Under the pieces are notes generated by a model that saw only the letters and a program-made list of their open reading frames with translations, did not search any database and was not told the DNA's origin. From the NCBI GenBank assembly GCA_964650515.1, contig CAZYUB010000009.1, positions 25,093-89,092 on the forward strand: a stretch of DNA of 64,000 nucleotides, read 5' to 3'. The stretch comes from an uncultured Planctomycetia bacterium (GTDB taxonomy: Bacteria; Omnitrophota; Gorgyraeia; Pluralincolimonadales; Pluralincolimonadaceae). The position numbers were made by a program, and so were the translations under genes. This document shows, in pieces, positions 34,080 to 43,034 of this stretch (positions are counted from its first letter, which is position 1; each line of letters opens with the position of its first letter).

Positions 34080-34865
34080 ATGGATTCACTTGAGCAGCTT
34101 GCGTGCTGGGCGTTCAATTGCGACCGCGCGCAGTTATATACCGGCGATTACGAGGCCGATGACGAGAAGATAGAGGCCTTCCATGAGGCGCTCGATTCTT
34201 ACGCTCGCGGCATCCCGGTCCAGTACATAACGGGGCTCGCGGAGTTCATGGGATTCGAGTTCGACGTCAACAGCTCGGTTCTTATACCGAGGCCGGAGAC
34301 GGAGATACTCGTCGAGAGGATCCTAACGCTTATCGAGAGGGAAGGCATCGAAAAGCCGCGGATCCTGGACCTCGGCACCGGTTCGGGCGCGATAGCTGTC
34401 AGTTTGACAAAATTGAGCCCGTCCTGTAAAATAATGGCTTCCGACGTGTCCGAGGAAGCCCTGGAAGTGGCGCGAGGCAATTCGGCGGCCAACGGCATCA
34501 TCGAGGGAATAGAATTCGTCAACTCGGACCTCTTCAGGGGGATCCCGGCAAAAGAAAGGTTCGATATTATAATATCGAACCCGCCGTATATCCCGAGTGA
34601 GGATTATGATTCCCTGCCTCTGGAAGTCAAAAGTGAGCCGCGGCTCGCGCTTGACGGCGGGACCAAGGGCCTGGATTTCTACTCAAGGATAATACCGGAG
34701 GCCGCGGGCCGGCTCAGGCGCGGAGGTTTCCTCGCGCTCGAGATAGGTTTCGGGCAGTCCGGGGCGGTAAAGGGGATAATATCGGGATGCGGTTCCTATT
34801 CGCATGTCGAGGTCATAAAGGATTATAACGATATAGACAGGATCGTCATAGCAAAAAGGCGCTAA
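34080..34865 (+). CDS. prmC: Release factor glutamine N5-methyltransferase PrmC/HemK
   Basis: NPPY motif (IISNPPYIP), SAM-binding LDLGTGSGAIAV, immediately downstream of prfA. Confidence 0.85.
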   Translation: MDSLEQLACWAFNCDRAQLYTGDYEADDEKIEAFHEALDSYARGIPVQYITGLAEFMGFEFDVNSSVLIPRPETEILVERILTLIEREGIEKPRILDLGTGSGAIAVSLTKLSPSCKIMASDVSEEALEVARGNSAANGIIEGIEFVNSDLFRGIPAKERFDIIISNPPYIPSEDYDSLPLEVKSEPRLALDGGTKGLDFYSRIIPEAAGRLRRGGFLALEIGFGQSGAVKGIISGCGSYSHVEVIKDYNDIDRIVIAKRR

Positions 34866-34871
34866 ACCCGA

Positions 34872-36137
34872 ATGGACAAGATAGTAATAGAAGGGCCCAC
34901 GAAATTAAAAGGCGAGGTCGAAGTAAGCGGCGCGAAGAACTCCGCGCTGCCGATAATGGCGGCCACTCTGCTGACGGACGAGAAGTGCGTGATAAAGAGG
35001 GTCCCGCCGCTGCGCGACGTGAATACGATGGTCAAGATACTGCGCAACCTCGGCGTCAGGGTCCATTTCGAGGGCGGGCGCGCCGTAATAGAGCCGAGGG
35101 GATACAAGAGCCATATAGCGCCGTATAAATACGTCAAGGAGATGCGCGCGTCGTTCTGCGTGCTCGGGCCCATACTCGCGAAGCACAGGATAGCGCAGGT
35201 TTCGTACCCGGGCGGATGCGCTATAGGCAACAGGCCCGTGGACCTGCACCTTAAAGGCATAAAGGCGCTCGGCGCCGAAATAAGGATAGAGCACGGGTAT
35301 GTCATAGCGCAGGCGAAGCAGTTGAAAGGCGCGCATATATTTCTCGGCGGCGCGTTCGGCTCTTCGGTGCTCGCGACGGATAACGTCATGATGGCGGCCA
35401 CGCTCGCGAAAGGCAGGACGGTAATAGAGAATGCCGCTTGCGAGCCGGAAGTAGTAGACCTCGCGGATTTCCTCATGAAGATGGGCGCTAAGATAAAGGG
35501 CGCGGGGACGCCTTTGCTGGAGATAGAGGGCGTAAGGCGGCTCGGAGGAGCGGAATACGAGGTGATACCCGACAGGATAGAGGCAGGGACGTTCATGATA
35601 GCGGCCGCGATAACGAAGGGCGACCTGCTGATCAAGGGAGCGAGGTACGACCATCTCGGCGCGGTCGTGGACAAGCTTATCGACGCGGGCGTTACGATAA
35701 CGAGGCACGGAAAGGATATCAGGGTGCGCGTCAGGAGGCAACTGAAGCCCGTAGACATAACCACGCTTCCGTACCCGGGTTTCCCGACAGACCTTCAGGC
35801 GCAGATGATGTCGCTCGTGTCCGTGATAAACGGCATAAGCGTGATAACGGAGAAGATATATCCCGACAGGTATATGCATGTCAGCGAACTTGCGAGGATG
35901 GGTGCGCAGATAAAACTGGAGGGCGATTCCGCGATAGTCAAGGGCATAAAGCAGCTAAGCGGAGCCCCGGTTATGGCGTCGGACCTGCGCGCATCGGCAG
36001 CGTTGGTGCTTGCCGGTATGGCCGCGAAGGGGAGGACCGACGTATCAAGGGTCTACCATTTGGACAGGGGTTATGATAGGATAGAACTCAAACTGTCCGA
36101 CGTGGGAGCCAATATCAGAAGAGAAAAGGAGGAGTAG
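34872..36137 (+). CDS. murA: UDP-N-acetylglucosamine 1-carboxyvinyltransferase
   Basis: MDKIVIEGPTKLKGEVEVSGAKNSALPIMAA… canonical MurA N-terminus, 421 aa. Confidence 0.95.
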   Translation: MDKIVIEGPTKLKGEVEVSGAKNSALPIMAATLLTDEKCVIKRVPPLRDVNTMVKILRNLGVRVHFEGGRAVIEPRGYKSHIAPYKYVKEMRASFCVLGPILAKHRIAQVSYPGGCAIGNRPVDLHLKGIKALGAEIRIEHGYVIAQAKQLKGAHIFLGGAFGSSVLATDNVMMAATLAKGRTVIENAACEPEVVDLADFLMKMGAKIKGAGTPLLEIEGVRRLGGAEYEVIPDRIEAGTFMIAAAITKGDLLIKGARYDHLGAVVDKLIDAGVTITRHGKDIRVRVRRQLKPVDITTLPYPGFPTDLQAQMMSLVSVINGISVITEKIYPDRYMHVSELARMGAQIKLEGDSAIVKGIKQLSGAPVMASDLRASAALVLAGMAAKGRTDVSRVYHLDRGYDRIELKLSDVGANIRREKEE

Positions 36138-36140
36138 TTA

Positions 36141-36383
36141 ATGGCAGCGGTAATAAGGTTGAAGAGGTTAGGGACTAAGAAGTCGCCCAACCAGAGGATC
36201 ATAGTCATCGATTCTCACAGGGGCCGTGATATGAAGGCGATAGAGGAGCTCGGGTTCTACGATCCGACCAAGAGGCCGGCATACGGGAACCTGAAGAAGG
36301 AGAGGATACTGCACTGGATGAAAGTCGGCGCGAAGCCCTCTGTGGCCGTATCGCATATACTGAAGAAATCCGGCATTATCTGA
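36141..36383 (+). CDS. rpsP: 30S ribosomal protein S16
   Basis: MAAVIRLKRLGTKKSPNQRIIVIDSHRGRD…; 80 aa. Confidence 0.95.
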   Translation: MAAVIRLKRLGTKKSPNQRIIVIDSHRGRDMKAIEELGFYDPTKRPAYGNLKKERILHWMKVGAKPSVAVSHILKKSGII

Positions 36384-36384
36384 C

Positions 36385-37104
36385 ATGCGGATAGATATCC
36401 TGACCCTCTTTCCCGGCATGTTTGAGGGCGCGCTTGAGGAATCGATAATAAAGCGCGCGAGGAAAGGCGGGAAAGCGGATATCCGCGTGCATAACCTGCG
36501 CGACTGGACCGACGACAAGCACCGCAAGGTCGACGATAAGCCGTTCGGCGGCGGGCCCGGCATGGTCATAAAGCCGCAGCCGCTTTTTGACGCGGTGAAG
36601 GCCCTGCGCAGCAGGGCCGCAAGGATAGTATTGATGACGCCGCAGGGCAGGAAGCTCGACCAGGCGGCCGCCAGGAAACTGGCGAAAGCCCGGCATATCA
36701 TAATCGTCTGCGGGCATTACGAGGGCATAGACGAGAGGTTCAGGAGCAGATGCGTTACCGACGAGATATCGCTCGGGGATTTTGTGCTTACGGGCGGCGA
36801 GATACCCGCGATGGCGCTCGTAGATTGCGTGGTGAGGCTTCTGCCGGGGGTCGTAGGGGACAAGGAATCGCTGGAATTCGAATCATTTTCCGCGGGGCTT
36901 CTCGAATACCCGCATTACACGAGGCCGGCCGATTTCAGGGGACTGAAGGTACCGAAGGTACTGCTGTCGGGAGACCATAAAAAGATAGACGCATGGCGAA
37001 GAGAGATGGCATTGAAAAGAACGAAGAAGATGCGCCCTGATATGTTGAGCCCCGTATCCGGGGCGAAATCCCGCATTTGGGGCATACATAAGGAGAAGAG
37101 ATGA
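36385..37104 (+). CDS. trmD: tRNA (guanine37-N1)-methyltransferase
   Basis: MRIDILTLFPGMFEG…PFGGGPGMV; SPOUT knot motifs; 239 aa. Confidence 0.95.
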   Translation: MRIDILTLFPGMFEGALEESIIKRARKGGKADIRVHNLRDWTDDKHRKVDDKPFGGGPGMVIKPQPLFDAVKALRSRAARIVLMTPQGRKLDQAAARKLAKARHIIIVCGHYEGIDERFRSRCVTDEISLGDFVLTGGEIPAMALVDCVVRLLPGVVGDKESLEFESFSAGLLEYPHYTRPADFRGLKVPKVLLSGDHKKIDAWRREMALKRTKKMRPDMLSPVSGAKSRIWGIHKEKR

Positions 37105-37439
37105 TGGGTAAGGTAGCGGTAATTGAAAAGGGTTACGAGAAGAAGGACGTCCCCGTTTTCAAGGTGGGCGATACCGTCAAAGTCGCGGTAAAGATCAGGG
37201 AAGAGGACAAGTTCCGCATCCAGATGTTCGAGGGAGTCGTGTTAAAGAAGAGGGGCTCCGGCATCTCGTCATCGTTCACGGTCCGCCGCGTATCATACGG
37301 CGAGGGCATAGAGAGGACGTTCCCGCTCCATTCGCCTTCGATAGACAAGGTCACGGTCGTGAAGTCCTCGAAGCCGAAGAGGGCGAAGCTCTATTACATG
37401 CGTAAGAAGGTCGGCAAGAAGGCTGATGTTGTATCATGA
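37101..37439 (+). CDS. rplS: 50S ribosomal protein L19
   Basis: …FKVGDTVKVAVKIREEDKFRIQMFEGVV…; 112 aa. Confidence 0.95.
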   Translation: MMGKVAVIEKGYEKKDVPVFKVGDTVKVAVKIREEDKFRIQMFEGVVLKKRGSGISSSFTVRRVSYGEGIERTFPLHSPSIDKVTVVKSSKPKRAKLYYMRKKVGKKADVVS

Positions 37440-38013
37440 GAGAAAGCTTATAAGGCAGGGAAAGAGAAATATCGCGGGCATAGATGAAGCCGGCCGCGGC
37501 CCGTTAGCCGGGCCGGTCGTCGCCGCCGCGGTGATATTGAAGGAATTCAGTTTCAGCAACAGGATAGCCGACTCCAAGAAGCTTACGGGGCCGTCCCGCG
37601 AAAGGGCGTACGCGGAGATAATGGGCAAAGCGCACGTAGGCATAGGGATAGTAGGCGAAAAAGAGATAGACGACATAAATATCCTCAGGGCCACCCTCAA
37701 GGCGATGAGGATGGCAGTCCTGGACCTGCGCTCAAGGCCGGATTACCTCCTCATAGACGGCAACTCCACGCCGCCGGGCATCAGGTGCCCGAAGACACTT
37801 ATCATAAACGGGGAAGCACATTCACTTTCCATCGCCTGCGCTTCTATAATAGCGAAGGTGACAAGGGATCTCATCATGTCGTATTATGACGCCGTTTACC
37901 CGGAATACGGGTTCGGCAGGCACAAGGGATACGGGACGACGCGACATTTTGGCGCGTTGAGGGAATTCGGCCCGTCACCCATACACAGGCGCACTTTCAC
38001 TCTGGTAAAATGA
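37426..38013 (+). CDS. rnhB: Ribonuclease HII
   Basis: GIDEAGRGPLAGPVV motif, 195 aa, follows rplS as in many genomes. Confidence 0.9.
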   Translation: MLYHERKLIRQGKRNIAGIDEAGRGPLAGPVVAAAVILKEFSFSNRIADSKKLTGPSRERAYAEIMGKAHVGIGIVGEKEIDDINILRATLKAMRMAVLDLRSRPDYLLIDGNSTPPGIRCPKTLIINGEAHSLSIACASIIAKVTRDLIMSYYDAVYPEYGFGRHKGYGTTRHFGALREFGPSPIHRRTFTLVK

Positions 38014-38621
38014 ACGTATTCATAATAAGGCACGGCGAATCGGTATGGAACAGGGAGCAGAGGGTCCAGGGGAGGAAAGACCCGGGCCTCAGCGCCGCGG
38101 GGCGCAGGCAGGCAAGGGCCGCGGCTGAACGCCTTAAGAGGGAAGGCATAAAGACCGTCTATTCGAGCGACCTGAAGCGCGCCGCGCAGACCGCGAAGAT
38201 AATCGCGGGCGCGACGCGCGCGAAACTCGTTCTCCTGCCTGAGCTTGAAGAGATGATACTCGGCGCATGGCAGGGCATGACAATCGACGACGTCAAGAAG
38301 CGCTTCCCGAAATCGTACGCGGCCTGGAAGAAGGCGCCTTCGAAGGCGAGGATACCGGGATGGGAAGGCGTCGCCAATTTCACGGTGAGGGTCAGGCGCA
38401 CGTTCAAGTCGATCATAGGCAAAGGCGCCGCTTCGCATGATGTCTGCATCGTCGCGCACTGGGGTGTCATAGCGGCCTACTTCTCGTTGGTCATGAAGAC
38501 GGATTTCGACAGGTTCTTCAAATCGGTCAGGATAGACAACTGCAGCATAAACAAGGTATCCTACAAAGACGGAAAGGCGGTAATACAATGCATAAACGAC
38601 ACCTTGCACTTGCCGTCGTAA
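38010..38621 (+). CDS. Histidine phosphatase family protein (phosphoglycerate mutase-like)
   Basis: IIRHGESVWN (RHG catalytic motif), 203 aa. Confidence 0.8.
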   Translation: MNVFIIRHGESVWNREQRVQGRKDPGLSAAGRRQARAAAERLKREGIKTVYSSDLKRAAQTAKIIAGATRAKLVLLPELEEMILGAWQGMTIDDVKKRFPKSYAAWKKAPSKARIPGWEGVANFTVRVRRTFKSIIGKGAASHDVCIVAHWGVIAAYFSLVMKTDFDRFFKSVRIDNCSINKVSYKDGKAVIQCINDTLHLPS

Positions 38622-39886
38622 TTCTGTTGTCGGCGGCCGTTTCGCCGCTGTGCGGCGCCCAGCAGGAAGGGCAGGGCAGTATCGTGAAGGTAACCGGGCA
38701 AAAAGGAAGTTGGGCGCTCGAGGTCAACGGAAAGCCCTTCTACATAAAAGGCGTGGGCCTCGGCAATATGAAAGGAAAAGGCGGCGAGGATTACATGAAG
38801 ATGGCCCAGGAGCTCGGCGCGAATGCCGTGCGCACTTGGGGCACCGACCAGGGCACGCAGGAGTATTTCGACGCGGCGCAGGAGTACGGCCTCATGGTCG
38901 ACGCGGGCATCTGGCTCAATTACGCGGAAAAAGACGGCAAATACACGTATATGGGCGATAACGACCTCAAGAAGCAGAAGAGGAAAGAGATAGAGGACTA
39001 TGTAAACAGGTTCAAATGCCACCCGGCGCTGCTGATGTGGAACGTCGGAAACGAGGCGATATTCTTCACGAAGGACGAGGAACAAAGGATAGAGCTCTCG
39101 AAGTTCCTCGAGGAGATGGTCCAACTCGTGCATAAGCTGGACCCAAACCATCCCGTCATCTATACGTCGGCCGATACGACCGCGCTGCCGTATATCATCA
39201 AATATGTCCCGAGTTTGGACATCTTCGGGATGAACATCTACGGAAGCGTCCGGATGTCGCACAGCAAATGGGACAAGTCCGGGCTCAATATACCGTATTG
39301 CGTGACCGAATACGGCCCGCACGGCCCGTGGGACGTGAAGAAGGACGCTAACGGCGCGTCGCAGGACGAGCCGGACCAGGGCAAGGCGGCTTTATACAGG
39401 AACATGACGAACGATATAATCGGGTTCAAGGGCTATAACATAGGAGGTTTCGTATTCCATCTCGGCGAGACGACGCAGGAGTCGCTTACCTGGTGGAACC
39501 TGAATTACAAGCTTTTCAAGCGCGGCGCGTTCTGGGAAGTATACAAGATTTACACGGGGAGCAAGCCGTCGAACCTTCCTCCGCGGATCACAACCTTTAA
39601 ACTGGGAAAGACGAAAGGCATTGCGCCCGGAGAGACGGTGGATATAACCGCGGAGGCGTCGGACAACGACAGCAACCCGCTCGATTACCAGTTCCTTGTC
39701 TCAACGGCGAAGGAGGGCGTGCTCGCCTATTACGTGAACAAGGAAATCCCGGTGGAATTCACATGCGAGGGCACGGTCTTCCGCATGAAGGCCCCGGGCA
39801 AAAAGGGGTTATACAGGGTGTACCTGATCGTGAACGACGGGTACGGCAACGTCGCCGTGGCCAACAGGTCGTTCAAAGTGGAGTGA
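38588..39886 (+). CDS. Secreted glycoside hydrolase, clan GH-A TIM barrel (GH5/GH26-like) with C-terminal beta-sandwich
   Basis: Signal peptide MHKRHLALAVVILLSAAVSPLCGAQ; …NAVRTWG…; MWNVGNE (NE acid/base signature of clan GH-A); 432 aa. Confidence 0.55.
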   Translation: MHKRHLALAVVILLSAAVSPLCGAQQEGQGSIVKVTGQKGSWALEVNGKPFYIKGVGLGNMKGKGGEDYMKMAQELGANAVRTWGTDQGTQEYFDAAQEYGLMVDAGIWLNYAEKDGKYTYMGDNDLKKQKRKEIEDYVNRFKCHPALLMWNVGNEAIFFTKDEEQRIELSKFLEEMVQLVHKLDPNHPVIYTSADTTALPYIIKYVPSLDIFGMNIYGSVRMSHSKWDKSGLNIPYCVTEYGPHGPWDVKKDANGASQDEPDQGKAALYRNMTNDIIGFKGYNIGGFVFHLGETTQESLTWWNLNYKLFKRGAFWEVYKIYTGSKPSNLPPRITTFKLGKTKGIAPGETVDITAEASDNDSNPLDYQFLVSTAKEGVLAYYVNKEIPVEFTCEGTVFRMKAPGKKGLYRVYLIVNDGYGNVAVANRSFKVE

Positions 39887-40962
39887 TGATGCCGGAAAAG
39901 AAGGAAGACATAAAAGACCTTTCGCTCGCGCAGCTCTACGCGAAGTTCAAGAGTTTGAACGAGCCGGCTTACAGGGCCGAACAGGTCTTCGAGTGGATAT
40001 ACAAGAAGGGCGCGAATTCCTTTGCCGACATGACGGACCTGCCGGCGAAACTGCGCGACTACCTGTCGAATAAATACGTGATATCGGGAGTGGCCCTTGT
40101 CAGCGACCGGATGTCGAGATCGGATGGGACGAGCAAATACCTTTTTGCGCTTCCCGACGGCGAGACGGTCGAGTCGGTATTAATCCCCGCTAAAGACCCG
40201 GCGGGCGGGCCGGGCAGGCAGACGGTATGCCTTTCGTCGCAGGCCGGCTGCGCGTACGGTTGCTATTTTTGCGCGAGCGGGCTAGCGGGATTCAAGAGGG
40301 ACCTTACCTGCGGCGAGATACTCTCGCAGGCGCTTGCGATACAGGACGTCCTCATGAGCAAAGGCAAAAGGATAACGAATGTGGTCATGATGGGCACAGG
40401 AGAGACGCTCTCGAATTACGACAATGTCATAAAGGCCGTCGAGATAATGAACTCCGAGCACGGCCTTGGGATAGGCGCGAGGAAGATAACGGTGTCTACT
40501 GCGGGCCATATACCCGGGATCCGGAGGTATATGCGGGAGAAGGAGCAGTTCGAGCTTTCCGTGTCGCTGCACGCCGCCGACGACAAGACCCGCTCAAAAC
40601 TCATGCCCATCAATAACGTCTACCCGCTCGGGAAACTGATGACAGTATGCAAGGAATACACAAGGGAAAAAGGAAGGATAATAACCTTCGAATATATACT
40701 GATAAAGGACGTGAACGCCTCGCTGACCGACGCGCAAAACCTCGTGAAGCTGCTTAAAGGGCTGAATTGCAAGGTCAACCTGATACCTTTCAACCCGGTG
40801 GCGGATTTCAAATTTTCCCCGCCGTCGATGAGGGAGGCGAAGGCGTTCCAGGAAGCGCTGGATAAGGGCGGCATAAGCTCGACGATCAGGTCACAGCGCG
40901 GGGCGGATATCGACGCGGCATGCGGCCAGCTGCGGTTACGGGAGGCGGCGAAGGGAAAATGA
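39886..40962 (+). CDS. rlmN: 23S rRNA (adenine2503-C2)-methyltransferase RlmN (radical SAM)
   Basis: MMPEKKEDIKDLSLAQLYAKFKSLNEPAYRAEQVFEWIYKK…CLSSQAGCAYGCYFCASG (CxxxCxxC). The ATG overlaps the upstream stop; the longer ORF start at 39763 is rejected. Confidence 0.9.
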   Translation: MMPEKKEDIKDLSLAQLYAKFKSLNEPAYRAEQVFEWIYKKGANSFADMTDLPAKLRDYLSNKYVISGVALVSDRMSRSDGTSKYLFALPDGETVESVLIPAKDPAGGPGRQTVCLSSQAGCAYGCYFCASGLAGFKRDLTCGEILSQALAIQDVLMSKGKRITNVVMMGTGETLSNYDNVIKAVEIMNSEHGLGIGARKITVSTAGHIPGIRRYMREKEQFELSVSLHAADDKTRSKLMPINNVYPLGKLMTVCKEYTREKGRIITFEYILIKDVNASLTDAQNLVKLLKGLNCKVNLIPFNPVADFKFSPPSMREAKAFQEALDKGGISSTIRSQRGADIDAACGQLRLREAAKGK

Positions 40963-42989
40963 CGAATATGACGAAAGCCGCAGCGCTGGCATTTACCGTT
41001 ACCATGATGTTCGTATGCGGGATATGCCCTGCGGAAGAGGGCGGGAAATGGGAGCCGTACTATTTCGGCGCGGCGACGCAAGGCGGCATCGTATCCGAGA
41101 ACGACGAGGGTGTCTCGATCTCGCTCGACAGGGTGGGCGTATTCGGGATATATAACCCGAGCAAATTCGGCGGGAATTTCGACGCGCAGGCGGAATTTAA
41201 GCCGCTCGACGGGACCTGCGGGATAATGCTCTTCAGGGACAAGGACGGCAAACCCGACCCTTCGAATTTCGTCGGGATAGAGCGCAAGCAGGACAAGCGC
41301 GGCGATAAGACCGTAAGGGTATTTGCGATAAGGGACGGGCAGGACCTCGTCAAACAGGAATCGAAATGGAACCCGAGGTTTGAATTCGTGCTGAACAACG
41401 ATTCCTTCGGGCATGATGCGAAAGCGTTCAGGATAGTAAGGGATGAGAAGGCGGAGTGCCTGCATTTCTATTATAAATACGAAAGGGATGTGGACGGGAA
41501 ACGGCTTGAGGGCTGGATGGAATTCTCAACGCTGCCGGACCCGGGCAATGGCGCGTATTATTTCTACCCGTACGTCAAATCCGACGGGCACGCGAAGGCC
41601 ATAGCGACCTTCATGCGGCCGATGGTCGTCCTGACGCCGTCGGACGATAAGTCCGACAGGGATACGGGGTTCGGCGCGGTCAGGAGGGATTATGTATTCT
41701 CGGGTTTTTCCGGGGATGCCGTAGTCGTGACGTTCGACAGGGAATTCCCGTTCTATGAGAAGTCGAAGTTCGTATTCTGGAGCGAGGCCGAATATATCCC
41801 GTGGTGGCATATAGACGATAAATGCGCGGTCTATTACGAGTTCGTCGAGATATGGGGCGGCGGGACCGAGGGCTGCTGCGAGCCGATGGGCGACAGGCTG
41901 CTGCGATGGTCAAGTGTCGATATAGTCGAATCGAACAAGGCGCGCGTGATAGTGCACTGGAGGTACCTGCTCGCTGACCTCGAGTATAAATGGTGGGGGC
42001 TCGACCCGGTAGACAGGCCTTATGTGGACGAATGGTATACTTACTACCCGGACGGCGTCGGGGTCCGCAAGGTCACCTATACGCCGGTCATAACGACAAA
42101 ATACGAGCCCGACTGGAACGAGATATCGGAACTCGCGGTTGTAAAGCGCGGAGGCATAAAGCCGTCGGAGGTGATAGACCAGAAGGCGATATCGATGATG
42201 AACATCCAGGGGGACAAGATAGATTACGCCTGGTACCTTAATAAGCAGACGCCCCCGTCTAAACTCGACGAGACGCCGAATAACTGGACCGAAGCGATTT
42301 GCCGCGTGAACCTTAAGAACAGGCCGGCGGCGTTCGAGGTCTTCGCGCAGGGCGAGGATGTCTCCGACATGACGTTCCCTGTGCCGTTCAAGAAATGGTG
42401 GGGGCATTACGGCGAGAACTGGGCGTTCGAGCTCAGGGGCGGCGGAGAGTACGAGGGGGATTTCTTCGTCTTCTCGCATTGGCCCATAAGCAAGATGCCG
42501 TATGAGGAGCCGGGCAAGAGCAACGGCAAGTACATACGCGAGCCCGGGCACGTCTCGCTGCTGCCTGTCGCGGGGCATCCGAAGGCGCAGGGGCCGGTCA
42601 CGTGGGCTATGCTCGTCGGGCTCTCGAAGGCATGGGACGATAAGGATATCCGCGACAGGGCCGCGTCATGGATAAACCCGAGCGACGTGAACATGATATC
42701 CGACAGCGCGAGGTTCATAAAGAACGACCTGCACCAAAGGGCGCTTATATTCGAGACGGATAGCCTGAGGCACGGCTGCGAGTTCACGCTCTTCCCGAAG
42801 ATCGTCTCGTCAGTGGCCGTGAACCCGGTCTTCATAATAAAGAACTGGGGCAAATACCCGGTCTCTGTCAGGATGAACGGCAAAAACCTTAAAGAGGACG
42901 CCGACTTCCGCTACGCCATAGAAGGAGAGGACGCGGTCATCTGGGTAAAAGCGAAATTCACCACGATCGCGTCGTTCGCCATCAAGTAA
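40959..42989 (+). CDS. Large secreted hypothetical protein (~677 aa), no recognised family
   Basis: Signal peptide MTNMTKAAALAFTVTMMFVCGICPA|EEG. Trp/Tyr-rich, probably a beta-rich fold. ATGA start/stop overlap with rlmN. Confidence 0.5.
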   Translation: MTNMTKAAALAFTVTMMFVCGICPAEEGGKWEPYYFGAATQGGIVSENDEGVSISLDRVGVFGIYNPSKFGGNFDAQAEFKPLDGTCGIMLFRDKDGKPDPSNFVGIERKQDKRGDKTVRVFAIRDGQDLVKQESKWNPRFEFVLNNDSFGHDAKAFRIVRDEKAECLHFYYKYERDVDGKRLEGWMEFSTLPDPGNGAYYFYPYVKSDGHAKAIATFMRPMVVLTPSDDKSDRDTGFGAVRRDYVFSGFSGDAVVVTFDREFPFYEKSKFVFWSEAEYIPWWHIDDKCAVYYEFVEIWGGGTEGCCEPMGDRLLRWSSVDIVESNKARVIVHWRYLLADLEYKWWGLDPVDRPYVDEWYTYYPDGVGVRKVTYTPVITTKYEPDWNEISELAVVKRGGIKPSEVIDQKAISMMNIQGDKIDYAWYLNKQTPPSKLDETPNNWTEAICRVNLKNRPAAFEVFAQGEDVSDMTFPVPFKKWWGHYGENWAFELRGGGEYEGDFFVFSHWPISKMPYEEPGKSNGKYIREPGHVSLLPVAGHPKAQGPVTWAMLVGLSKAWDDKDIRDRAASWINPSDVNMISDSARFIKNDLHQRALIFETDSLRHGCEFTLFPKIVSSVAVNPVFIIKNWGKYPVSVRMNGKNLKEDADFRYAIEGEDAVIWVKAKFTTIASFAIK

Positions 42990-42995
42990 ATACTG

Positions 42996-43024
42996 TTGCA
43001 AAAACAAAGTTATTTCCCTATAAT
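42996..43024 (+). promoter_or_regulatory. Sigma70 promoter TTGCAA-N17-TATAAT upstream of the fhs operon
   Basis: TTGCAA at 42996-43001, 17 nt spacer, perfect TATAAT at 43019-43024. The fhs ATG at 43035 is only ~10 nt after the -10 box. Confidence 0.5.
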
Positions 43025-43034
43025 AAATACCACT

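Noticed and set aside
36141-37439. Missing rimM in the rpsP-(rimM)-trmD-rplS cluster as a possible deletion or novelty
   Set aside because: rpsP stop and trmD start are 1 nt apart with no remnant. Absence of rimM from this operon is common in several phyla, so it is not considered notable.
39763-39885. ORF-track start 39763 for rlmN and 54324 for the lipoprotein gene
   Set aside because: Both upstream extensions overlap the 3' ends of the preceding genes in another frame and are Arg-rich. The homology-supported N-termini start at 39886 and 54648.
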